Shown: positions 29,023-39,120 of the stretch, one piece after another | Layout of the letters: each line of letters opens with the position of its first letter | Numbering within the stretch: the first letter of the stretch is position 1 | Source: an uncultured Eubacteriales bacterium | GTDB lineage: Bacteria > Bacillota > Clostridia > Lachnospirales > Lachnospiraceae | Reading direction: 5' to 3' | Assembly: GCA_900318405.1 (NCBI GenBank) | Contig: ONKP01000005.1 | Location: 12,162-76,161 of the forward strand | Length of the DNA: 64,000 nt | Made by a program: the position numbers and the translations under genes | The notes under the pieces: model-generated | What the model was told of the DNA's origin: nothing | The model's input: only the letters and a program-made list of their open reading frames with translations | The model's database searches: none

Positions 29023-31304
29023 GCTATGTAAAGCATATCGTATACAGAAATGAAGACAACGGATATACGGTGCTTGTTCTGGAATCCGGCGGGGACGATG
29101 TGACCTGTGTCGGCTGTATCCCCGGTGTGGAAGAAGGAGAATTTCTGCGTGCGGAAGGAGAAAACACATTTCATCCGACGTATGGGCTGCAGTTTAAAAT
29201 CCGTGAGGCGCATGTGGAGGTTCCGGAACAGAAGGAAGCGCTGGAACGCTACCTGGGCAGCGGCGCGATCCGCGGCATCGGCAAGGCGCTCGCCGCCAGG
29301 ATCATCCGCCGTTTTGGCGATGACACCATGCGTATTCTCGAGGAAGAGCCGGAACGTCTGTCAGAGGTGAAGGGCATAAGCGAGAAAAAAGCGCGTGAGA
29401 TCGGCATTCAGGTCATGGAAAAATCCCAGATGCAGAACGCACTGATTTTTCTCGCTCAGTACAAAATACCGATGAGCCTCGGCGTCCGGATCTACAACAA
29501 ATATCAGGATAATCTGTATCAGGTGCTGAGAGAGAATCCCTATCAGCTCGCAGAGGATATCGATGGCGTCGGGTTCCGTACAGCAGATGAGATCGCTGCG
29601 CGCGTCGGCATCAGCAGAGATTCCGAATTCCGCATGCGCAGCGCTATTCTCTATGTGCTGTCACAGGCGGGGGCCAGCGGGCATATCTATCTGCCCGAAT
29701 CCGTGCTTTTCCGTCAGACAGCCGGTCTGATGCAGACAACGCTGCAGAAGGATGTCTTTGACCATCAGCTGATGGATCTTTCCGTTGAGCGCAGGATCGT
29801 GCGCCGGGAGGGTAACAGGGCTGCGGCTGACGGAGAGACGGATACACGTATCTATCTGCGCAGCGTATATTTTACCGAGCTTGAGACGGCGAGAAAGCTG
29901 GACGATCTCAATCTGGTCATCCATCAGGATGAGAAAGCAGTCGAAGATGCGGTCCGGCGGATTGAAAAAAATGATGATATCACCCTCGATGAGCTGCAGC
30001 GCAAGGCTGTACTCACCGCTGCCTGTCACGGCATCACCATTCTTACGGGAGGTCCGGGCACGGGAAAAACAACAACGATCAACACCATGATCCGCTATTT
30101 CCGCTCCGAGGGGCTGACCATCGCACTTGCAGCGCCTACAGGACGCGCGGCCAAACGGATGACCGAGACCACGGGCTGTGAGGCATCCACCATTCACCGC
30201 CTGCTTGAAGTAAGCGGTCTCTCCGATGATTCGTCCAGAGTTCAGTTTGATCGGAATGCCGACAATCCCCTGGAACAGGATGTGATTATCATCGATGAGA
30301 TGTCGATGGTCGACATTTATCTGATGCATTCTCTGCTCGATGCGGTCGTTCCCGGTACGAGGCTTGTTCTGGTGGGCGACAGCAGTCAGCTGCCCAGCGT
30401 CGGCCCGGGAAGCGTGCTGCGGGATCTGATCCGCTCGGCAAAATTTCCGGTCGTCATTCTCAGCAAAATTTTCCGTCAGGCGCAGGAGAGCGATATTATC
30501 GTCAACGCCCATCGCATCAACGCTGGTCTGCCTGTCCGCATGGACAATAAAAGCAAAGATTTCTTCTTTATCCGCAGTCAGGATGCAGCCAAGGTACAGC
30601 AGACGGTCTACATTCTCGCCAGTCACAATCTCCCGGTTTATTTCCATCTCACGCCTGCGGATGTCCAGGTGCTCACACCTTCCCGCAGAGGACCTCTTGG
30701 TGTGGAAAGCCTGAATATTTTTCTGCAGAAAGAGATGAATCCGCCCTCTCCGGACAAGAAGGAAAAAGAAACAAGGCAGGGTGTTTTCCGCGAAGGCGAC
30801 AAGGTCATGCAGATCCATAATGACTACCAGCTGGAGTGGGAGATCAGGAACCGGTACGGGGTGACGGCACGCCGTGGCATCGGCGTGTTCAACGGGGACA
30901 CCGGCGTGATCAGGTCCATCAACACGGAAGCCGGGACAGTGACAGTCGAATATGAGGAAAACAAGCTGGCGGAATATGATTCAACGCAGCTGGATGAGAT
31001 CGAACTCGCCTATGCTGTTACGGTTCACAAGGCGCAGGGCAGCGAGTATCCGATCGTCATTCTGCCGCTCCTCGGTGTACCCCGCATGCTGCAGACAAGA
31101 AATCTGCTCTACACGGCCGTGACGCGCGCCAGACAGTGCGTTGTGATCATCGGCGATATGGCGACATTTCAGCAGATGATCGATAACGATACGGAGGAGC
31201 TCCGCTACACGACACTGGCGGAGCAGATCATTGCCATCGCCGGTGATGAGGAAAACCCTGACGGCAGACTGCCCGACGCCGATAATCAGAAGGATGATAT
31301 CTGA
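29004..31304 (+). CDS. recD2: ATP-dependent RecD-like DNA helicase RecD2
   Basis: N-terminal OB/HhH region (LGSGAIRGIG, NPYQLAEDIDGVGFRTAD), TGGPGTGKTT, APTGRAAKR, IIDEMSM, GDSSQLPSVG, LAYAVTVHKAQGSEY. Confidence 0.95.
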   Translation: MSDRMEGYVKHIVYRNEDNGYTVLVLESGGDDVTCVGCIPGVEEGEFLRAEGENTFHPTYGLQFKIREAHVEVPEQKEALERYLGSGAIRGIGKALAARIIRRFGDDTMRILEEEPERLSEVKGISEKKAREIGIQVMEKSQMQNALIFLAQYKIPMSLGVRIYNKYQDNLYQVLRENPYQLAEDIDGVGFRTADEIAARVGISRDSEFRMRSAILYVLSQAGASGHIYLPESVLFRQTAGLMQTTLQKDVFDHQLMDLSVERRIVRREGNRAAADGETDTRIYLRSVYFTELETARKLDDLNLVIHQDEKAVEDAVRRIEKNDDITLDELQRKAVLTAACHGITILTGGPGTGKTTTINTMIRYFRSEGLTIALAAPTGRAAKRMTETTGCEASTIHRLLEVSGLSDDSSRVQFDRNADNPLEQDVIIIDEMSMVDIYLMHSLLDAVVPGTRLVLVGDSSQLPSVGPGSVLRDLIRSAKFPVVILSKIFRQAQESDIIVNAHRINAGLPVRMDNKSKDFFFIRSQDAAKVQQTVYILASHNLPVYFHLTPADVQVLTPSRRGPLGVESLNIFLQKEMNPPSPDKKEKETRQGVFREGDKVMQIHNDYQLEWEIRNRYGVTARRGIGVFNGDTGVIRSINTEAGTVTVEYEENKLAEYDSTQLDEIELAYAVTVHKAQGSEYPIVILPLLGVPRMLQTRNLLYTAVTRARQCVVIIGDMATFQQMIDNDTEELRYTTLAEQIIAIAGDEENPDGRLPDADNQKDDI

Positions 31305-31417
31305 CAGCAGACTGCCCGGTGTGTGCAAACAGCCGGAAGGACCTTCCTGGCAGGCGCGGACAGGAGAAAGTGAAATACGTTATTCATTTGCACATGACAG
31401 AAGATGGGAGAAAATGC

Positions 31418-32125
31418 ATGGAGAATCTGTCCGGCCTGCTGTATCCCCGGCACTGTCCGTTCTGTGACAGGCTTCTGCGCGGGGATGAGCCGTATCTGTG
31501 CCGCCGGTGTGCCCGCAGGGTCCGTTTTATTCAGGGCCCGGTATGCATGAAATGCGGTCGGCCCCTCGAACACGCGCATGCGGAATACTGCGATGCCTGC
31601 AGGCGCCGGGAACACCGGTTTATCCAGGGCTTCGCGCCCATGCTCTATCTGGGAGATGCACAGGCTTCCGTTCTGAATTTCAAGTACGGGGGCAGAGCAG
31701 AATATGCCGCGTTTTATGCGCGAGCCATATGGAATTTCGGCAGAGAACGCCTGAAGAGATGGCAGCCCGAAGCGATCATCCCGGTTCCGGTGCATCCGCT
31801 GCGCTGCTGTCAGAGAGGCTATAATCAGGCGCAGGTAACGGCCGCCGCACTGGCGGATCTCATGGACATTCCGGAGATCGGTTATACCGTTCAGCGTGTC
31901 CGCAACACACGTCCGCAGAAGGGACTCGCCCCGTCCGACCGCCGTGCAAATGTCCGCGGCGCATTCCGTATCAGCGACGATATCACACTTCCGTCAACCG
32001 TTCTTCTCCTCGACGACATCTATACGACAGGCGCCACCATGGACGAGCTCGCCGCAGCCGTTTCCGCGCACGGCGCTTCCCGCATCTACGAGGTCTGCAT
32101 CACCATCGCCCCGGGGATGTCATGA
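31418..32125 (+). CDS. comF: ComF family protein (double zinc ribbon plus phosphoribosyltransferase domain)
   Basis: CPFC...CRRC...CMKC...CDAC, IPVP, RGYNQA, LLLDDIYTTGAT. Start uncertain (31319, 31370 or 31418). Confidence 0.88.
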   Translation: MENLSGLLYPRHCPFCDRLLRGDEPYLCRRCARRVRFIQGPVCMKCGRPLEHAHAEYCDACRRREHRFIQGFAPMLYLGDAQASVLNFKYGGRAEYAAFYARAIWNFGRERLKRWQPEAIIPVPVHPLRCCQRGYNQAQVTAAALADLMDIPEIGYTVQRVRNTRPQKGLAPSDRRANVRGAFRISDDITLPSTVLLLDDIYTTGATMDELAAAVSAHGASRIYEVCITIAPGMS

Positions 32126-32143
32126 CATTAGTGCCGCGGCAAT

Positions 32144-32171
32144 TTGCATAATCCCTGAAATATGGTAAAAT
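32144..32171 (+). promoter_or_regulatory. Putative promoter of the membrane-protein/cdaA operon
   Basis: TTGCAT, 16 bp, TG-extended TAAAAT. Confidence 0.45.
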
Positions 32172-32214
32172 AGCATGAATCTGTGTGCCTGAAGAATTCG
32201 GAAAGGAATACGAA

Positions 32215-32667
32215 ATGGTAGACAAAAGGCGTCTTTACCTGATGATCGCCATGGCGCGGTTCAAGGACAAAAAGACCGACAGTTCCGTAAGAATCAGCAA
32301 TTATCACCAGAGAGATTACATTGCCATGAAGCTGATCGTGAACTTCCTGGTCACGACCGTCGCATATATACTGCTCCTGGCATTTTATGCGATGTATAAT
32401 CTGGAGGATATTCTCAGCAACCTGAACGAGATGAATTTCCGGCCGATCCTTGCGGTGATCATTGTGTTTTATCTCGTCTTTCTCGGCGTGTATACGGTCA
32501 TCGCCTTTACGCGGGCCAGGATTCAGTATGTGCGGGCTGACGCAGATGTGGAACAGTACGAGAATGCGCTGGACCGCATGAACAGGATGTACAGGGAAGA
32601 AGACCGTCTCAGCGAAACAGATGATGAAGATGATTACGATTATTTCGACGATGATGATGAGGATTAA
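32215..32667 (+). CDS. Hypothetical membrane protein (2 TM, acidic tail)
   Basis: Two hydrophobic helices and a Asp-rich C-terminus. RBS gaaagga precedes ATG 32215. Confidence 0.75.
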   Translation: MVDKRRLYLMIAMARFKDKKTDSSVRISNYHQRDYIAMKLIVNFLVTTVAYILLLAFYAMYNLEDILSNLNEMNFRPILAVIIVFYLVFLGVYTVIAFTRARIQYVRADADVEQYENALDRMNRMYREEDRLSETDDEDDYDYFDDDDED

Positions 32668-32684
32668 CCCCGGGGAGGGCGGCA

Positions 32685-33902
32685 ATGAACGGATTGATGG
32701 AACTCCGTGAGAGACTGAAAAATTTCTATGAAGACTATGATTTTGTCATCCGGCCTGTATTCCGGTTTGTTCTTGCACTGATCAGCCTGATCGCACTGAA
32801 CAATCAGATCGGTTATCTGGAGGTGCTGAATCAGGTATTTGTTGTGCTGATTCTGGCAGTGATCTGTGCCATTCTCCCGATCAACGGGCTGGTGCTTATC
32901 TGCTCTGTGGTTATCGTAGCGCACAGTATGGCACTGAGCGTCGAAACGGGTGCCTTTGCCATCATTCTTTATCTCCTGATGGTACTGCTCTATTTCCGCT
33001 TTGTGCCGAAAGACGCGCTCGCGATCATCCTGATACCGGTGGCGTTTGTTTTTCACGTGGATGCGGCTGTACCGGTTGCACTCGGTCTGATCCGCGGCCC
33101 GGTTTCGACGGTCTCCATGATCTTCGGCCTGATCTCGTGGTCCTATGTGCAAAGCCTTCCGGCGGATATCGCGCCGCTTGTAAATTCGGATGAATCGTCT
33201 CTGCTGGACGTGATCCAGGCAATGCCAAGAGCACTTTTCACGACCAAAATGCTGCTTCTGCTGATCGTGAGCGTCATCGTACTGCTGATCGTCGCCATGA
33301 TCCGCAAGCTGGCGTCTTCACATTCCTGGGAGATGAGTATCGCCGTCGGTTCCATCCTCTATGTAGGACTTAAGATTGTGGGTTCACTGCTCCTCGGTGT
33401 GGATATCGATATCCTGGCGGAGATCTTTGGCACAGCATTATCTGTGGGCATCTGCCTGATCATCGAATTTTTCAATTTCTGCGCGGATTACACGCGGACA
33501 GAGTACCTCGAATTCGAGGATGATCACAATTACTATAATGTCAGAGTGACACCGAAGCGCACCACGGAATATATGGAGTCGCTTGACAGAGATGCAACAG
33601 AGGATATGTCGCAGATCCCTTCCGACGACAGCCGCTTCATGGAATCGGAACAGCAGAACGAGGTTTCCAGAAAATTCGAGGGCATCAACCTGCAGTCGAA
33701 GCTGGAGGAATCGCTGAAGACGCTGAATACGAACCAGAGCGGGAAAGAAAACGGTACGGGAGATACGACAACAAGGATCTATCGTCGCTCCGGCAGCGTA
33801 TCCCACAGATGGGATGACCTGGAAACCGGGGATGACGATGAGGACAGAAATACATCGGGCGACACGAGAGTGATCAGTCCGGGCAGAAAAAATCTCAAAT
33901 AA
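32685..33902 (+). CDS. Hypothetical multi-pass membrane protein with a charged cytoplasmic tail
   Basis: About 8-9 hydrophobic segments, then LEFEDDHNYYNVRVTPK and a polar tail. RBS gggagg. Confidence 0.8.
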   Translation: MNGLMELRERLKNFYEDYDFVIRPVFRFVLALISLIALNNQIGYLEVLNQVFVVLILAVICAILPINGLVLICSVVIVAHSMALSVETGAFAIILYLLMVLLYFRFVPKDALAIILIPVAFVFHVDAAVPVALGLIRGPVSTVSMIFGLISWSYVQSLPADIAPLVNSDESSLLDVIQAMPRALFTTKMLLLLIVSVIVLLIVAMIRKLASSHSWEMSIAVGSILYVGLKIVGSLLLGVDIDILAEIFGTALSVGICLIIEFFNFCADYTRTEYLEFEDDHNYYNVRVTPKRTTEYMESLDRDATEDMSQIPSDDSRFMESEQQNEVSRKFEGINLQSKLEESLKTLNTNQSGKENGTGDTTTRIYRRSGSVSHRWDDLETGDDDEDRNTSGDTRVISPGRKNLK

Positions 33903-33920
33903 TGACCGTGAGGTGACGGC

Positions 33921-34790
33921 ATGAGTACATTAGCGAGCTGGTTTCAGGTGTACGTGCTGTCGTGGCTGAGACCGCCCAAGACCATAGAAGTGATCGATAT
34001 TGTGCAGGTCCTTCTCCTTTCATGGATAGTCTACCGGCTGATCCTGTGGCTGCGAAACACGAGAGCGTATGCCCTGATGAAGGGCATCCTTTTTATCCTT
34101 GCCTTTGTGGTGATCGCCAATATTCTGCACATGGAAGTGATCGTATGGCTGCTGAGCAACATCGGCGTGGCTGCCATTACGGCCGTGGTCATCATTTTTC
34201 AGCCGGAACTCCGTAAAGTGCTGGAGGAGATGGGACACAGCAATCTGTTTCGGACGCTCTTTTCCAGTGCTTCAAAGACGACAGAGAAAAAAAGATTCAG
34301 TGACAAAACCATCAATGAGATCGTCAGGGCATGCTATGACATGGGTGAAGTCAAAACGGGTGCTCTGATCGTCATGGAAAAAGAGTCCAGTCTTCAGGAG
34401 TACATCAATACGGGTATCGCCGTTGACGGAAAGGTCACGAGTCAGCTTCTGATCAATATTTTTGAACACAATACGCCGCTGCACGATGGCGCGGTCATCA
34501 TCAGGGATGACCGGATCTCTGCGGCTACCTGTTATCTTCCCCTTTCTGATAATATGGAGCTGAGCAAGAAACTCGGCACCCGGCACCGCGCCGGTGTCGG
34601 TATCACGGAAATTTCCGACTGTCTCTCCATCATTGTATCTGAGGAGACCGGTCACATTTCCTATGCGGAGAACGGCAGGCTGCACGTGGCTGTACCGCAG
34701 AGTGAACTTCGTAATGCTCTTCAGGAGATACAGGTGCTTTATCCGGATACGATAAGGCCAATGAAACAGGAGAAGAAGACCAGTGCTTAA
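33921..34790 (+). CDS. cdaA: Diadenylate cyclase CdaA
   Basis: Three N-terminal TMs, IFQPELR, GALIV, NTPLHDGA (DGA) and GTRHRA (RHR). Confidence 0.96.
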   Translation: MSTLASWFQVYVLSWLRPPKTIEVIDIVQVLLLSWIVYRLILWLRNTRAYALMKGILFILAFVVIANILHMEVIVWLLSNIGVAAITAVVIIFQPELRKVLEEMGHSNLFRTLFSSASKTTEKKRFSDKTINEIVRACYDMGEVKTGALIVMEKESSLQEYINTGIAVDGKVTSQLLINIFEHNTPLHDGAVIIRDDRISAATCYLPLSDNMELSKKLGTRHRAGVGITEISDCLSIIVSEETGHISYAENGRLHVAVPQSELRNALQEIQVLYPDTIRPMKQEKKTSA

Positions 34791-36111
34791 AAAAATACTG
34801 TTTGCACTGAAAAGCAATCTCGGACTGAAATTTCTGTCCGTAGTGATCGCCGTGGTGATCTGGTATGCCGTCGTCAATGTCAATGACCCGGTGGAGACGA
34901 ATTCCTATTCTGTCCGGGTGACTGTCACCAATGAATCCTATATTGCGAGCGGCAAACAGGTCTACAGCATTGATGATAACTACAAAACGGTGACGGCTTA
35001 TGTCAAGGGCAACCGGTCCACACTGAACAACATCAGTTCCGATGATATCACCGTGACGGCTGACCTGACGCAGATCGTGAGTCTGGATACAGACCCGGTT
35101 ATGGTGCCGCTCTCCGTTTCCTGTCCGAATGTGTCAGCGGGGAATATTACCCTGTCGCGGCAGGCGATACCGATCAATATTGAGAATGTGGCAAGCAAGA
35201 CGCTGCCTGTCAGTGTGAGCCGCGGTGATTCCGTACCGGGAAGCCAGTATGAAGTCGGTACCATGACGCCTGATCCGGAGACGATCGTCATCAACGGACC
35301 GGAGTCCATCGTCAACAATATCGCGAGCGTAGTGGCGCAGATCGATGTGACGGGAATGACCAGGGACGGAACGAGAAATGCAACCCTGCAGTTCCTCGAT
35401 CAGAACGGCGTCGCGCTTTCGGAAGACACCGTTAACGATGATCTGAGCTTTGACGGGGATATCAGCGAAGTGACGGTTTCAGTTGACCTGTGGAAGAAAG
35501 TGAATGACGTGGCACTCGACGTGGATTACGCCGGTACACCGGCGAGCGGTTATAACGTGGAGAATGTCACCACAACACCGGAGACGATCTCTGTCGTCGG
35601 TAACGATGAAGCGCTGAGAAAACTGGCAGAAAACAACAATACGATCACGCTGGAGGATTCTTCGATCACAGTACAGGGTGCGGATTCTGATCTGTCCTTT
35701 GACGTACAGATTTCCAACAGCCTGCCTGACGGATTGCGTCTGACGGAAAATGAGGCAGATGCTGTCACGGTCTCCATCACGATCCTCTCGGATGAGACAA
35801 AGGAACTCCATGTGGATGTGGATAACATTACGACACAGAATCTGGATTCCACACAGACGGTTTCCTATGACACGACCGATATAACGGTTCGCATCACGGG
35901 ACCGACGGCAGACATCGATGATCTGACAGCGTCGGATCTGAGCCTATCCATCAATCTGAACGGACTGAAGAGCGGAGATTTTTCCGTACCGATTTCCGTG
36001 AACAATCTGCCGGACGGCGTGACAGCTGATCCGCAGAATATCATGGTCCATCTGAAGGACAAGGCAACAACACCGACAGCGACACCCACCGCAACGGGGG
36101 ATTCCTCATGA
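34783..36111 (+). CDS. cdaR: CdaR (YbbR-domain) regulator of diadenylate cyclase
   Basis: NLGLKFLSVVIAVVIW anchor and repeated beta-rich YbbR-like domains. Overlaps cdaA. Confidence 0.92.
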   Translation: MLKKILFALKSNLGLKFLSVVIAVVIWYAVVNVNDPVETNSYSVRVTVTNESYIASGKQVYSIDDNYKTVTAYVKGNRSTLNNISSDDITVTADLTQIVSLDTDPVMVPLSVSCPNVSAGNITLSRQAIPINIENVASKTLPVSVSRGDSVPGSQYEVGTMTPDPETIVINGPESIVNNIASVVAQIDVTGMTRDGTRNATLQFLDQNGVALSEDTVNDDLSFDGDISEVTVSVDLWKKVNDVALDVDYAGTPASGYNVENVTTTPETISVVGNDEALRKLAENNNTITLEDSSITVQGADSDLSFDVQISNSLPDGLRLTENEADAVTVSITILSDETKELHVDVDNITTQNLDSTQTVSYDTTDITVRITGPTADIDDLTASDLSLSINLNGLKSGDFSVPISVNNLPDGVTADPQNIMVHLKDKATTPTATPTATGDSS

Positions 36112-37340
36112 TGACTGCGGTGGTTCAGAGACTCTGCACATGGTACAGAAGCTGCAGAAGAGAGCTGCCCTGGCGGGCGAACAGAGATCCCTACCGCATC
36201 TGGGTATCGGAGATCATGCTCCAGCAGACCCGGGCGGCCGCCGTGATTCCCTATTATCGGCGGTTTCTCGAAAAACTGCCGGGGGTGCGTGAGCTGGCGG
36301 ACTGTCCTGAGGATGAGCTGATGAAGCTCTGGGAAGGTCTGGGGTATTACAGCCGCGCAAGGCATATGAGGGAAACGGCGCGCATTATCAGAGACCGGTA
36401 TGGCGGTATTTTTCCGTCAGATCCGGAAGCACTGCAGGCGCTGCCCGGTATTGGCAGGTACACGGCCGGGGCTGTCGCCTCGATCGCCTACGGGGTTCCT
36501 GTTGCCGCTGTCGACGGTAATGTGCTCAGGATCTTCAGCCGGCTGACCTGCAGCAGGGAAGATATCCTGCGTGACAAGGTGAAACGGGAAACAGAAAAGT
36601 GCCTCACGGCCGCCATCTGCGAAGCCATGGAGATGGCAGAGAACGCTTCTGTCAGTCAGGAGTGCGCCCGCACCGATGCCGACTGCAGCGGTGAAACAGG
36701 AGGCGGTGAAGCGGCCGCTGATAAAAATGCAGCGGGACTGGAACAGGCCGGAACATTTCCGGGAGATGTGAATCAGGGATTCATGGACCTCGGAGCGACG
36801 GTCTGCCTGCCGCACACGCAGCCGCTCTGCGGACAGTGTCCGCTGTCGGATATCTGCGGTGCACATCTTTCGGGGAAAGAGATGGATTATCCTGTCCGCA
36901 GGCAGCAGCGCCACAGACGGATGGAGGACAGGACGGTGCTGCTGATCACGGACGGCAGCAGGGTGGCACTGCGCAGGCGGCCTGAAAAAGGCCTGCTGGC
37001 AGGGCTGTATGAGTACCCGTGCGCGGAAGGACATCTGACGCAGAAACAGGCGCTGCGGGAGACAGAGTCATATGGCTTTGATCCGGTCCGCATTCTGCCT
37101 CTTCCGTCAGCCGTTCATATTTTTACGCATCTGGAATGGCATATGACCGGATATGAGATCCGGGTATCTCCGTTCCGGGAGAGTCGTGAGGACGACGGAC
37201 TGTTTCTGGCGGATATTGCCGACGCGGAGAAAACTTATGCCGTGCCGTCTGCCTACAGAACCTATTCAGAGATACTGACGACACGGACAGTGAAGAAAGA
37301 TGATCCGGAAACCGGATCGAAAGTGGAGAAAGAAGCATGA
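36108..37340 (+). CDS. mutY: A/G-specific adenine glycosylase
   Basis: RELPWR, PYRIWVSEIMLQQT, WEGLGYYSRAR, LPGIGRYTAGA, VDGNV, 4Fe-4S CLPHTQPLCGQCPLSDIC and a NUDIX-like C-domain. Confidence 0.96.
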   Translation: MMTAVVQRLCTWYRSCRRELPWRANRDPYRIWVSEIMLQQTRAAAVIPYYRRFLEKLPGVRELADCPEDELMKLWEGLGYYSRARHMRETARIIRDRYGGIFPSDPEALQALPGIGRYTAGAVASIAYGVPVAAVDGNVLRIFSRLTCSREDILRDKVKRETEKCLTAAICEAMEMAENASVSQECARTDADCSGETGGGEAAADKNAAGLEQAGTFPGDVNQGFMDLGATVCLPHTQPLCGQCPLSDICGAHLSGKEMDYPVRRQQRHRRMEDRTVLLITDGSRVALRRRPEKGLLAGLYEYPCAEGHLTQKQALRETESYGFDPVRILPLPSAVHIFTHLEWHMTGYEIRVSPFRESREDDGLFLADIADAEKTYAVPSAYRTYSEILTTRTVKKDDPETGSKVEKEA

Positions 37341-38362
37341 AGATTCTGACTGTTACTGTACCCTGTTATAATTCGGCAGCTTATATGCGCAAGTGCATTG
37401 ATTCGCTGGTGACGGGCGGGGACGATGTGGAGATCCTGATCGTTGATGACGGTTCAACGAAGGATAACACGCTGGAGATCGCCCGGGAGTACGAGAAGAA
37501 ATATCCGAATCAGTGCCGTGCGATTCATCAGGAGAACAAGGGACACGGCGGCGCGGTGAATACCGGGATCGCCAATGCCACCGGCTATTTTTTCAAGGTC
37601 TGCGACAGTGATGACTGGTTCGACGTCGACGCATTCCGGCATTATCTGCAGGTGCTGAAGAGACTCATCCGTCAGGATCAGGCGACGGACTGCGTATTTA
37701 CGAATTTTATCTACGACAAGGTGGATAAGCAAAAAAAATTCACGATGCAGTACAAAAGGTACTTCCCGCAGAACCGCCGCTTCGGGTGGAGCAGTATCCG
37801 GCCGATCGATGAGGCTCATTACGTGCTGATGCATTCGATCACCTACCGCACAGAGATCCTGCGGGAGAGTGGCATGAAGCTTCCGGAGCACACGTTCTAC
37901 GTGGACAATATCTATGCCTATGAGCCGTTCGCCTGGGTGAAGACGATGTATTACTGTCCGGTCACGCTGTACCATTATTTCATCGGCCGTGCCGATCAGA
38001 GCGTGAATGTGGATGTCATGTACGGCCGTATCAACCAGCAGATTGCCGTGACGAACAGAATGATCGATTTCGCCGGACGTCTCCGCTATATGCCGCTTGA
38101 GAAAAATCAGCGCAAATTCATCATCCACTATCTGGGCGTGATCATGATGATCACCTCCACGCTGCTGATCTGCCACCCCAGCGAGGAAAATGAACGGAGA
38201 AAGAAGGAGCTCTGGGAACGTCTGAAAAAGGCGGACTACGGATGCTATCTCCGCAGGCGGTACAGCATGAGCGGCATGTGCATGCACATACCCGGCAAGA
38301 CGGGTGCAAAGCTCGTCAGCTTTGGTTATCGCGCATCACAGCGTGTATACGGATTTGAATGA
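37337..38362 (+). CDS. Glycosyltransferase family 2
   Basis: [31 protein letters not shown] (DxD), FYVD. Confidence 0.9.
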   Translation: MKILTVTVPCYNSAAYMRKCIDSLVTGGDDVEILIVDDGSTKDNTLEIAREYEKKYPNQCRAIHQENKGHGGAVNTGIANATGYFFKVCDSDDWFDVDAFRHYLQVLKRLIRQDQATDCVFTNFIYDKVDKQKKFTMQYKRYFPQNRRFGWSSIRPIDEAHYVLMHSITYRTEILRESGMKLPEHTFYVDNIYAYEPFAWVKTMYYCPVTLYHYFIGRADQSVNVDVMYGRINQQIAVTNRMIDFAGRLRYMPLEKNQRKFIIHYLGVIMMITSTLLICHPSEENERRKKELWERLKKADYGCYLRRRYSMSGMCMHIPGKTGAKLVSFGYRASQRVYGFE

Positions 38363-38922
38363 CAGGAGAAAATATGCGGATTGGTACTGGATATGACGTG
38401 CACCGGCTGACGGAGGGAAGAAAGCTCATCCTCGGCGGTGTGGAGATCCCTTTCGAAAAAGGACTTCTCGGACATTCTGATGCGGATGTGGCACTTCACG
38501 CGATCATGGATGCGCTGCTCGGCGCCGCGGCCATGAAGGATATCGGATATCATTTTCCGGACAGTGATCCGGCGTATGAGGGTGCTTCCAGCATAAAGCT
38601 GCTGCAGCGTGTGGCGGAGATGCTGGATGAGGCGGCATACGTTGTGGAAAATGTGGACTGTACGATCGTCTGTCAGGCCCCGAAGCTCCGCCCGTATCTG
38701 GATCAGATGACGCAGAATGTGGCGGATGCACTGGGCATCGATCCCGGGCGCGTCAATATGAAGGCGACGACGGAAGAGCACCTGGGCTTCACGGGAAGCG
38801 GCGAGGGCATCGCCGCGCAGGCGGTCTGTCTCATCAATGAGGCATTTCAGACAGATCCGTATGCAGGGGCGCCCGCCGGCTGTCCGGGCGCGGCAGGCTG
38901 TTCGGGTTGTCCGAGACGCTGA
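38359..38922 (+). CDS. ispF: 2-C-methyl-D-erythritol 2,4-cyclodiphosphate synthase
   Basis: [40 protein letters not shown], plus a Cys-containing tail. Confidence 0.96.
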   Translation: MTGENMRIGTGYDVHRLTEGRKLILGGVEIPFEKGLLGHSDADVALHAIMDALLGAAAMKDIGYHFPDSDPAYEGASSIKLLQRVAEMLDEAAYVVENVDCTIVCQAPKLRPYLDQMTQNVADALGIDPGRVNMKATTEEHLGFTGSGEGIAAQAVCLINEAFQTDPYAGAPAGCPGAAGCSGCPRR

Positions 38923-39120
38923 GAGCAGAGGCCTGATGGCGGCATGAAAGAATAACAGCAGGTTGCGACAGATGCCGGAGACACTGATAACCCGGAATGA
39001 TGCCGGGACTGCGTCCGGTCACGGCGGCGGACGGAAGGAAAAACGGCAGAAACATCTGCAGGGTATGACCGGTGCGCATGCAGCGGCAGACAGAAGCAGA
39101 CTGAATATCGGAGGGTAGAT

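Noticed and set aside
31261-31320. Short repeat gcagactgccc at the recD2/comF junction
   Set aside because: About 11 bp in GC-rich sequence is too short to distinguish from chance, though it echoes the mreB/recD2 duplication.
38923-39120. Possible T-box leader before cysS
   Set aside because: No GGTGGnACCGCG T-box motif and no terminator/antiterminator pair seen.
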